From: an uncultured Bacillota bacterium
Lineage (GTDB): Bacteria; Bacillota; Clostridia; Christensenellales; Borkfalkiaceae
NCBI GenBank assembly: GCA_949282465.1
Contig: CASDPM010000108.1
Location: forward strand, 1-43,621
Direction: 5' to 3'
Length of the DNA stretch: 43,621 nucleotides
This document shows, piece by piece, positions 16,249 through 24,401 of this stretch. The position numbers were made by a program, and so were the translations under genes. Position 1 is the first letter of the stretch, and each line of letters opens with the position of its first letter. The notes below the pieces were generated by a model that was not told the DNA's origin, did not search any database, and saw only the letters and a program-made list of their open reading frames with translations.

Positions 16249-17268
16249 TTATCTCTGCACCCTCCCCGTAGAATCGCCTTTCATAAGACCTGAAACTTCG
16301 GTTTCCGTAACCAAGTTAAAATCTCCCTGAATAGAATGTTTAAGGCAACTTGCCGCAACCGCAAAATCGATTGCATACTGCGCTTCGCCGGTTTTCAACA
16401 AAGCGTGAATCAGAGCCCCGCCGAAGCTGTCTCCTCCTCCTACTCTGTCTACTATATGCATGGAATATTTACGTGAAAAATACGCTTTTCCACCTGTATA
16501 AAGCATCGCCGACCAATCGTTATCGTTTGCCGACTTGCTCTCCCTGAGCGTTACGGCAACGCCTTTTAAACCGAACATATCGGAAAGCTCTTTTGCCGCC
16601 TCGACATAACCCGCCTTATTAAGATTTCCACCGGTCACGTCGTTATTTTCCGTTTCTATTCCGAAAACGTCCTTCATGTCCTCTTCGTTGGCTATACAAT
16701 AATCCACAAAAGGAAGAATTTCACTCATCGTAGCTTTCGCTTTTTCGTTGGACCAGAGTTTTTTCCTGTAGTTTAAATCGCAAGAAACCGTCAAGCCGTT
16801 TTCTTTAGCAGTTTGCGCGGCTATACGCGTGATGTCGGCAACCGAGTCGGAAAGCGCCGGAGTTATACCCGTAAAGTGAAACCACTTTGCGTATTTAAAA
16901 ATTTCTTTCCAGTCAAAATCGTCTTTGTCTGCGCACGCAAAAGAAGAGCCCGCTCTGTCGTAAATAACCTTACTCGGTCTCTGCGAAGCTCCTTTTTCAC
17001 AAAAATATACGCCTAATCTGTTTCCGCCGCGGACGATATAATCGGAATTGACGCCGTATTTCCTTACCGCGTTTACCGCGGCTTGCCCTATTTCACCGGC
17101 AGGCACTTTACTTACGAAAACCGCTTCGTTACCGAAGTTTGCAAGAGAAACCGCCACGTTGGCTTCTGCGCCTGCATAAGTAGCTTCAAATTTGTCCGCC
17201 TGAACGAATCTTAAATAATTTTCAGGCATCAGTCTCAGCATTATTTCACCGAATGTAACTATTTTCAT
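16249..17268 (-). CDS. kdgK: 2-dehydro-3-deoxygluconokinase (PfkB family sugar kinase)
   Basis: 339 aa. N-terminus MKIVTFGEIMLRL and C-terminal VDRVGGGDSFGGALIH are typical of KdgK/PfkB. Adjacent to eda. Confidence 0.85.
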   Translation of the reverse strand: MKIVTFGEIMLRLMPENYLRFVQADKFEATYAGAEANVAVSLANFGNEAVFVSKVPAGEIGQAAVNAVRKYGVNSDYIVRGGNRLGVYFCEKGASQRPSKVIYDRAGSSFACADKDDFDWKEIFKYAKWFHFTGITPALSDSVADITRIAAQTAKENGLTVSCDLNYRKKLWSNEKAKATMSEILPFVDYCIANEEDMKDVFGIETENNDVTGGNLNKAGYVEAAKELSDMFGLKGVAVTLRESKSANDNDWSAMLYTGGKAYFSRKYSMHIVDRVGGGDSFGGALIHALLKTGEAQYAIDFAVAASCLKHSIQGDFNLVTETEVSGLMKGDSTGRVQR

Positions 17269-17278
17269 TTTTTCTCCT

Positions 17279-17953
17279 TTAAGCGTTCAAAGCGTTTACA
17301 AACAAGCCTGCTCTGCGCGTTATCTCTTCAAAATTGCCCGAATCGACAAGCTTGGCGTTGACAAGATTGCTTCCTATGCCGAATCCCGCCGCGCCGTTTT
17401 TGATAAAATAGGGAATGTTCGATTCGTCTATTCCCCCGACGCACAGAAAAGGTATATTGCTAAGCGGCGAAGAAATAGCTTTAAGATAATCTCCACCCAG
17501 ATTTCCCGCAGGAAAAAGTTTGACGAAGTCCGCGCCTGCAGCAGCCGCGCAGGAACATTCGCTAGGCGTCATTGCGCCCGGTATAGACACCAACCCCTTT
17601 TCTTTCGTTTTCCTGATAATTTCCGTATTTGTATCAGGCGATAATATAAATTTTGCGCCGGCACCCTCCGCAAGCTCAAGATTTTCCTTCGTCATAACAG
17701 TTCCTGCGCCTACAAACACGTCGCTAAACGTCGAAGCGACCTTTTTTATCGCTGCCGCCGTATCTTCGAGCGGAATTTTTCCGCTCTGATCAAAGGTTAT
17801 CTCTACGATATTTATTCCGCCTTTTAAAAGCGCGCTTACGGTCTCGGTAATTTTTTCTGAACGAACGCCGCGCAATATAGCTATCAGTTTTTTCTTCTTT
17901 ATTTCTTCAATAACATTATTCATTGTTTTTAACTCTCGACCTATTTTAGACAT
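17279..17953 (-). CDS. eda: KDPG / KHG aldolase
   Basis: 224 aa (an alternative start at 17923 gives MNNVIEE...). LIAILRG, GINIVEITF and GADFVKLFPA (Schiff-base Lys region) are typical of Eda. Confidence 0.85.
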   Translation of the reverse strand: MSKIGRELKTMNNVIEEIKKKKLIAILRGVRSEKITETVSALLKGGINIVEITFDQSGKIPLEDTAAAIKKVASTFSDVFVGAGTVMTKENLELAEGAGAKFILSPDTNTEIIRKTKEKGLVSIPGAMTPSECSCAAAAGADFVKLFPAGNLGGDYLKAISSPLSNIPFLCVGGIDESNIPYFIKNGAAGFGIGSNLVNAKLVDSGNFEEITRRAGLFVNALNA

Positions 17954-17956
17954 AAT

Positions 17957-17991
17957 TTATTCTGAATACGGTCAAACCGTATTCAGAATAA
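17957..17991 (-). other. perfect 16-bp inter-cistronic stem-loop between the 861-aa gene and eda
   Basis: TTATTCTGAATACGGT-CAA-ACCGTATTCAGAATAA. No U-tract follows on the coding strand, so it is a processing/stability element or partial terminator rather than a classic terminator. Confidence 0.6.
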
Positions 17992-18008
17992 ACAGCTTTT
18001 AGATTATT

Positions 18009-20594
18009 TTAATTTTCTTTTTTCGATTTTTTTACCAGAACGAATAAGAGAGAAGCCGCCATCAAAACCGATAAGACTGAAGTAGCTTCTACAGAAGAGC
18101 CACAACCGCCGCCGACCTTTTTATAAGTCAGAGTAATTTCCTTATTCTTTACCGGCGTAAAATGCAGGCTCTCGCTTGCGGAAACATATTCGTAATTTTT
18201 GATTTCGTCGGCATCGATTTCCGTATACTCGCCGTAATAAGCGTCAATAATCTTGTCTTCGGCAATGGCGTTGCCATTTTCGTCCACAAACTTAATCGTT
18301 ATTTTAACTACTCTCTTTTTATAAGTCATAGTTATGGTAATTGGTCCGTCAGCCTCGCCTTCTAAAGGAATGTCTGAAGAAACGAATTCGTATCCCACAA
18401 CAGTTTCGGGCGTAAGACTGTATACAATTCTACCGTCCACAAAGTCCGCCTGCTTGGTTATTGAACTCTTTACGACCGCTCCGTTTTCGTCTACAAAATT
18501 TAGCGTAATCTGAACGGCGCGTCTCTTTAATTCTACTGCCGCCAAAGCCTCTTCGTTATCGGAAGCAGAACCGTCGACGACAAACGAACCGGTAATCGAG
18601 TGTTTAATATAAACTTTCGTTCCAAGTTTGTTATTGCCCAGATTTACGTCCGCGTCAATCTTTGTCTCGTCCAAAGAATAATTGAGCGTGACCGGACTTA
18701 ATAATTCTTCGGTTATAACCTTTTCTCCCTTATACGATACCGCCGCGATGACTCCTATACCGGTAGGTCTGTTAGTGCCTTGCATGGATGCGGCTCTCGA
18801 ATCGAGACAGAAATGAAATTTTGTAAATACCACAGTGTCGGTAACTTTTAGATTCCCGGCAGGAGCTTCTACTTCGGCATAAGGCATTACCGTACCTGTA
18901 GTCGTCAAAACGTTCCAGGGAATAAACAGCGTGCCTTTGCTTTCTCTTTCAAGATTGTAATGGAACGACTCGTTTTCGAGAGACGACAAAGTTCCGTCTT
19001 CCAGCACGAAAGAATCATACCTGAGATTTCTTTCGTTAAACTTGTAAAGAACGCCGTCTGCAGTTTCAAGAAGCAACCTCGGCTGCTGCGTATCCTCCGC
19101 CACACTTCTGTCAATCTGAATAAGCAGCCCGTCTGCTTCGGCAGTGCTTACAGCGCCTAGTTCGAAAGTCGTCATGCTTAATTCGGTGGTTCCCTTACCC
19201 GTATTGGTTCCTACGATCATAACCGTACCCATGGTTTCGGTCTTTATGTTAACGCCGGCAAATTCATTATTTTCGTAAATAACGTCGTAATTTTTCAGCG
19301 CCGCGCTTTGGTATACGTAAGTTATCGTTCCATCTTCCGTTATTGTGCCCGAAAGATCTCTATCCGCAGCTTTGTATTTGTAGCCGAATACGCGCTTAGG
19401 TTCGCACGTATAATAATACCCGTCAGATTCGGCAGTTACTTTAGCCAACGTATCGTCCGCAATCTTTATTCCGTCTTCATCAACGTACTTTTCAGTAAGT
19501 TTCGGTCCGGGCTGTACGTCGTAAACAAGTTTTATCTTTGTGTTTGTAACGCAAGTTCCGCTCAGCGCGTCTGAACTTTCTGCGTTAAAGATATAACCGT
19601 TTATTGCCGGAACTTCCGCCGTGTAGTCGTACGCGTAATTCCCGTTAGTTGCGTTATAAGCGACTTTAAAGGTTTTGGAAACGTTCAGAGAAACGTTTTC
19701 GCTGTCGCAACATTCAAGAACGATCTCCGCCGAATTTCGGGTAAAGTTGAAAGCGGCAAGAGTTTCCGCATCCTGCGAGACGTTAAACGTTCCGTCGCAA
19801 GTATATTTTGAATAGATCTTCGTTCCTTTCGTCATATCCCCTAAATTCACGTCCGCAGTTGCCGCTTCGTTCGTAGTGAAAACAAGCGTTTCGGAATCTA
19901 GAAGAGGTGTAACCGTAGAAGCCGAGAGGTCGTCAACGTTCCTTCTTATCGACGCTATCGAGCCAATGACCGTGGAACGGGTAGACTGAAGTTGTGAAGC
20001 TATCCTCGACTGAACGATGAAATGCAGCCTCGTAAAGACCGTGCCGTTGGGAACGGGATCTCCTGCGGTTGGTGCGGTTACGGCTGACCCGGGCATTAGC
20101 GTTCCCGAAGCCGTTACCGACCCCCAAGGCACAAACAGCGTACCGTCAAGCTGCTTAGGCATTGAAAAAGTAATATTATTCGACCATCCCGACGTGTCTA
20201 AAACGGATCCGTCTTTATTTATGAACTTGTCGTTCGCATTGCTATAGAGCCTGTATAAAATACCGTCGGACGTTTCCAAAAGCATTCTCGGGTTTAAATC
20301 TCCCGTAGCCATACTGCGGTCTATTCTGATAAGAATACCGTTGGTTGAAGATTTTTCAAGATTGTCTAATTCATAGGTAATCATTACGTCTTGAGAGGTG
20401 CTTTGCGTCCTTCCGTCGCCGTAAAACATCAGACCGCCACCCGTCGACGACGTAAGGTTAACCCCGGCGAACTCTTCGCCGTTTATAATGATTTCTTTTC
20501 CCCAGTCCGCATATACCGACGTCATTCCGACAAAACAGGACAAAAGCATACACGTCAAGGCAGACAACAAACAAATTCTAATTCTTTTTTTCAT
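18009..20594 (-). CDS. large secreted cell-surface protein: two copies of an unassigned ~200-aa domain, MucBP-like repeats, C-terminal Cys-containing anchor
   Basis: 861 aa. Signal peptide MKKRIRICLLSALTCMLLSCFVGMTSVYA. Internal duplication (see findings). Repeats of the type KITIKFVDENGNAIAED...YEYVSAS...ITLTYKK resemble MucBP. C-terminus GGGCGSSVEATSVLSVLMAASLLFVLVKKSKKEN. Confidence 0.7.
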   Translation of the reverse strand: MKKRIRICLLSALTCMLLSCFVGMTSVYADWGKEIIINGEEFAGVNLTSSTGGGLMFYGDGRTQSTSQDVMITYELDNLEKSSTNGILIRIDRSMATGDLNPRMLLETSDGILYRLYSNANDKFINKDGSVLDTSGWSNNITFSMPKQLDGTLFVPWGSVTASGTLMPGSAVTAPTAGDPVPNGTVFTRLHFIVQSRIASQLQSTRSTVIGSIASIRRNVDDLSASTVTPLLDSETLVFTTNEAATADVNLGDMTKGTKIYSKYTCDGTFNVSQDAETLAAFNFTRNSAEIVLECCDSENVSLNVSKTFKVAYNATNGNYAYDYTAEVPAINGYIFNAESSDALSGTCVTNTKIKLVYDVQPGPKLTEKYVDEDGIKIADDTLAKVTAESDGYYYTCEPKRVFGYKYKAADRDLSGTITEDGTITYVYQSAALKNYDVIYENNEFAGVNIKTETMGTVMIVGTNTGKGTTELSMTTFELGAVSTAEADGLLIQIDRSVAEDTQQPRLLLETADGVLYKFNERNLRYDSFVLEDGTLSSLENESFHYNLERESKGTLFIPWNVLTTTGTVMPYAEVEAPAGNLKVTDTVVFTKFHFCLDSRAASMQGTNRPTGIGVIAAVSYKGEKVITEELLSPVTLNYSLDETKIDADVNLGNNKLGTKVYIKHSITGSFVVDGSASDNEEALAAVELKRRAVQITLNFVDENGAVVKSSITKQADFVDGRIVYSLTPETVVGYEFVSSDIPLEGEADGPITITMTYKKRVVKITIKFVDENGNAIAEDKIIDAYYGEYTEIDADEIKNYEYVSASESLHFTPVKNKEITLTYKKVGGGCGSSVEATSVLSVLMAASLLFVLVKKSKKEN

Positions 20595-20605
20595 TTCTTT
20601 CTCCT

Positions 20606-20734
20606 TTAATCAAAATCTATCGTCGGCAACTCGTACTCGCCAAGAGGCTTGTTGGCGTCACCGCTGAGCATAAGGATATCCTGTGCCGAAAAACATAGGA
20701 TATCAATTTCCAAAGCAATATAATTCTTTTTCAT
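20606..20734 (-). CDS. 42-aa small protein between the two large paralogs
   Basis: The track ORF 20606..20797 is over-extended. The ATG at 20734 is preceded by GAGGTG, and the TGA stop of the upstream gene lies inside this SD. Product: MKKNYIALEIDILCFSAQDILMLSGDANKPLGEYELPTIDFD. Its stop lies 11 nt before the next gene's ATG. Confidence 0.55.
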   Translation of the reverse strand: MKKNYIALEIDILCFSAQDILMLSGDANKPLGEYELPTIDFD

Positions 20735-20738
20735 TTTA

Positions 20739-22703
20739 TCACCTCTGATTAAAATAATTTCGAGCGGATTCAGCATACAGATACATCGCTTTAACAAGGT
20801 CGGAAAGCTCCGTATCGGAATCGTTAAAGCAAGACTGGAAGTAAGCGTATGGATTAATGTTGATTTCCGCGCCGCCCAAAGTAAAAGTTATCTGATCCGA
20901 TAGTTTTGCCGAAACGATTTCTTTGGATATTCCGTACCAGCCGTTGCCTATTTCGGATAATTGGGTTTCCTGCCCGTCTACGGTAAACGTTATGCCGGTT
21001 ATATCTCTGCCGTCTTTTACACGGACGTAGAAATTAAACACAATCGAATCTTTGCAGGACAGAGAATAACTTATGCCGGAAACGGCGTCAGGCAATTCGC
21101 CCGTTTTACTCTTTATAACGTTTTCAATCGTATCGGTTTCAACGGATTTTTCCTGTTCTGAGAGTCCCGAATTTGCCAGATTTTCAGTATCCACGTTAAA
21201 ATAAGTCTGCGCGTATGCCCCGTAATTAAGTGTAGCTTTTATAAGCGTTTTAAGGCTTTCTGAGCTTGTTTCCAGAGTTAAAAGCTTTTCGGCATATTCC
21301 TTAAAGGAATAGCTCTTTTCTTCACTCGTAGACGTTCCGTTATCCACAACGATATTTATATTTTTAGTCATTTCGGCTGCGTTAATCTTGTAGACGAATG
21401 CGTACGTCCCGTCTCCGTTGTCGATTGCGTCGGCAGCTTTAAGCCCCGTCGCTTCGTTTATGGAAACGATTGCCGTTTCTTTTACGCTGTCATCGATTTC
21501 GATATTGAACCGCATAGCTATTCTTTCATCAAGTATAGCGCTAACCGATTTTATTTTCGTTACAGGTTTATATATAAGACTTATTTCGGCCTCACAATAC
21601 ACGGTCCCGGTAACTGCGCTTTCAGATTCGACCTTGACGTATCCCGTGATATCGCAATACAGATCGGTTGCGTCGTAAACGAATCCGCCGGAATCGGAAT
21701 CGAACACCAAAGACGTTACGGCGTACGTTTTACCTGATTCGGGTTCGGTAATGGCTTTTCCGTTTTTATCCGAATATCTAACCGTAAGGTTAACGTTTTT
21801 CCTCGAGTACTGCAAAAGTCCGTGTTCGTCACCCGTCGTGATAAAGCTGCCGCCGGCAGTAATACAATACTTTCCTAAAACTTTATTTCCTTTGGTAATA
21901 TCCCCGAAATTAACGTCCGCCTCGATTGCGGGATCCGCAGCAGACGTTAGCAACGGCGATTCAAACAGGCGGGTTACGGTAGAATTATCGGGAACTGCAG
22001 AGTCGAATTTTACAGCGCCGATAGTGCTTACCGTAATCGGTCTTGCGGGGTTAAGCGCTGCCTGAGAAGAATTCGAACGTATAACGTAATGGAATGCGGT
22101 TATTACCGTATCGTCGCCGATAACGGAGTCAGCCGCAGGCGCCGTAGCGGAAGAACCGGGAACAATCTTGCCCGCCGAAAATATATATTCTTTAGGCATA
22201 TAAATAGTATAAGCGGACTTAGGAAGAGTAAAATTATATCCGCTCGTTGCAGTACCTTTTACGTTAACCGCGTTATTATTCGTGTTATAAGCAACAGCCC
22301 CGTCAATTTTAACGCGGTAAAGGACGCCTTCTGCGCTTTCCACATAAAACCAAGCAAACTGATTCCCGCCAGAGCCGATTTCAATCTGACAGAACAAGCC
22401 GTCGATATCACCGACTTTTACTCCGCTTCCGAGATTATAACTTATAATAGGCGAATTAGTTGTTTTATCTGAAGGCTGAGCTTTGCCGCTGACTATCACC
22501 GCTCCGTTCGAATTGTTGCGGGAATTGATTCCAAGAAAATCATTCGTGTTTTCGTCTACAATGATGTAATAATCGAAATCTTTCGCCGCACTGACGCTAT
22601 CTGCACCGTTCAGATTAAAAAACGAAAAACATGCCGCAATCAACGAAAACAGAGCTATCGCCGCGAGATATGAGACGCATCTCAATTTGTTCACAGTTTT
22701 CAT
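20739..22703 (-). CDS. secreted protein carrying one copy of the same unassigned ~200-aa domain plus a C-terminal domain of unknown function
   Basis: 654 aa. Signal peptide with hydrophobic core YLAAIALFSLIAACF. The N-terminal domain is paralogous to both domain copies of the 861-aa protein. No C-terminal anchor. Confidence 0.7.
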   Translation of the reverse strand: MKTVNKLRCVSYLAAIALFSLIAACFSFFNLNGADSVSAAKDFDYYIIVDENTNDFLGINSRNNSNGAVIVSGKAQPSDKTTNSPIISYNLGSGVKVGDIDGLFCQIEIGSGGNQFAWFYVESAEGVLYRVKIDGAVAYNTNNNAVNVKGTATSGYNFTLPKSAYTIYMPKEYIFSAGKIVPGSSATAPAADSVIGDDTVITAFHYVIRSNSSQAALNPARPITVSTIGAVKFDSAVPDNSTVTRLFESPLLTSAADPAIEADVNFGDITKGNKVLGKYCITAGGSFITTGDEHGLLQYSRKNVNLTVRYSDKNGKAITEPESGKTYAVTSLVFDSDSGGFVYDATDLYCDITGYVKVESESAVTGTVYCEAEISLIYKPVTKIKSVSAILDERIAMRFNIEIDDSVKETAIVSINEATGLKAADAIDNGDGTYAFVYKINAAEMTKNINIVVDNGTSTSEEKSYSFKEYAEKLLTLETSSESLKTLIKATLNYGAYAQTYFNVDTENLANSGLSEQEKSVETDTIENVIKSKTGELPDAVSGISYSLSCKDSIVFNFYVRVKDGRDITGITFTVDGQETQLSEIGNGWYGISKEIVSAKLSDQITFTLGGAEININPYAYFQSCFNDSDTELSDLVKAMYLYAESARNYFNQR

Positions 22704-22725
22704 TTTTTCCCTCCTTTTTCGGCTT

Positions 22726-24390
22726 TTAACCCCGCCGACGGGGACTTAATTTATTTAACTTTCTTATGAAAAAACTCGCTCCTGCCACAATCAGAGTCAA
22801 AATTAGGCCATTAGCCTCTATTCCGGCTCCGCAGCCGCTTTTGTTTCCGCCGTCATTAGGATCGTTAGCATTGCCCACGTAGACCTTAAAACTCAACAGA
22901 TTGAACGAATCCTGAAGTTTTACCGTTTCGGTAGAAGGAAGAGTGGTCCTGAACGTACCGTTATAAATACCGTCAACATCCCCTTTATATCCCGAAACAG
23001 AATAACTGCCCGAAAGAACGTGGTCGTTACCGTACTCGTCCGTTACGGTTATTTCGGACGGCATGTTTTTTATCAGTTCGCTGAACGTTGTCCCTTTAGA
23101 TACCCTTATCTTTTTTTCGAAAGCGCCGTTGACCGATACGATATCCGCGTACTCTTCGTGTATTTTTGTAATAGGTATCAGCTGCCTGGAATTTTCGGAA
23201 ATAAATTCACCCGCTTTTATATCTTCTTCTGTAAGAATGCAAAGCCTGATTCCACCCTCTCCGTAACGATGTTTATCGAACAGAATATAAATCGTTCCGT
23301 CGTCAGTCTGATAAATGTCTGGATAAGAGGTGATATAATTATCGAGAAGTAGAGAATAATTCCAGGTTTTTCCGTCATCTTCGCTGAGGTATGCTGTCAT
23401 TTTCCGCCTGTTCGTAGAGCCCATGCCCTCCGCATTCGTTACGAGTAGCAATGCACCGGACTTAAGTCTTTTCATATCGAATCTGCTTCCCGGCGAATAA
23501 AACGGCTTTGGCAAATTTGATTCGCCTGCCGTCCACGTCAGACCTTTGTCAGAAGAAAAATACTGTTCCATGCCACCGTTTACGGCGTTTTCAAGTCTTC
23601 TTATCGCCCAGTACCTGCCGTCGTTGAGTTCGACAAGCGTAGATTCTGCATAGCGTTTAGCATTTTTATCGGTGTCCGACGTCATTGTAGAAATCTTTTT
23701 ATATGATATCCCATGGTCGTCGGAACGGTAAAACGCTGCGTCGTTCGTAGACGAATCTCCCGAGCCGGAAACGTATCCTATCGTGCCGTCGGATAACACC
23801 GTGGGTTTCGTGAAACTGGAATTTTTCACTCCGATGCTAAACGGCGCATCGTATGTTATTTCGGACAAATCACCGTCGGCATTATAAATCGGGAGAGCGT
23901 GCACTCCGTTTGCCCTGTGGAAAAAAAGCAAAAACAACTGCCCCTGATCATTGTAGTAAAACATCGGAACGGTTATCATTACTTTTTCGGGCGGATCGAT
24001 AATCATAAACGGATCTATCCACGTATTTCCGCCGTCGGTACTTGCGGCGACGGTAATATAATTATAGTCCGAAGGTTCTTTATCTCCTCCCGTCTGCCAT
24101 GCGGCGAAAATATTATTTCCCGCAACAATGACGGAGGAAACTCCGCACCATCTTCTGTCGGACGGGTTATAAGTTTCGTACTCCGCCGTGTCTTTGTTCA
24201 TCGATGAATCAAGCGGAACGGAAAGATCGGTAGTGCTGTCCACAATGGTAACGATTTCTTTTCCTAAAACGTGATTTACGGAGCTTCCCGCATTAGCTTC
24301 GGTTACGCCTTTGCCGATGAACGACAAGGGCGTAGCGCAAAACAAAAAAACAATCACAGGAAAAATTATATGCTTTATTGCTTTCTGCAT
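22726..24390 (-). CDS. secreted BNR/Asp-box beta-propeller protein with C-terminal Cys-containing anchor
   Basis: Start moved to the ATG at 24390 (AAAGGAG SD), giving MQKAIKHIIFPVIVFLFCATPLSF... Asp-boxes ASTDGGNTW, SSDKGLTW and SEDDGKTW. C-terminus SGCGAGIEANGLILTLIVAGASFFIRKLNKLSPRRRG. Confidence 0.7.
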   Translation of the reverse strand: MQKAIKHIIFPVIVFLFCATPLSFIGKGVTEANAGSSVNHVLGKEIVTIVDSTTDLSVPLDSSMNKDTAEYETYNPSDRRWCGVSSVIVAGNNIFAAWQTGGDKEPSDYNYITVAASTDGGNTWIDPFMIIDPPEKVMITVPMFYYNDQGQLFLLFFHRANGVHALPIYNADGDLSEITYDAPFSIGVKNSSFTKPTVLSDGTIGYVSGSGDSSTNDAAFYRSDDHGISYKKISTMTSDTDKNAKRYAESTLVELNDGRYWAIRRLENAVNGGMEQYFSSDKGLTWTAGESNLPKPFYSPGSRFDMKRLKSGALLLVTNAEGMGSTNRRKMTAYLSEDDGKTWNYSLLLDNYITSYPDIYQTDDGTIYILFDKHRYGEGGIRLCILTEEDIKAGEFISENSRQLIPITKIHEEYADIVSVNGAFEKKIRVSKGTTFSELIKNMPSEITVTDEYGNDHVLSGSYSVSGYKGDVDGIYNGTFRTTLPSTETVKLQDSFNLLSFKVYVGNANDPNDGGNKSGCGAGIEANGLILTLIVAGASFFIRKLNKLSPRRRG

Positions 24391-24401
24391 TTTTACTCCT
24401 T

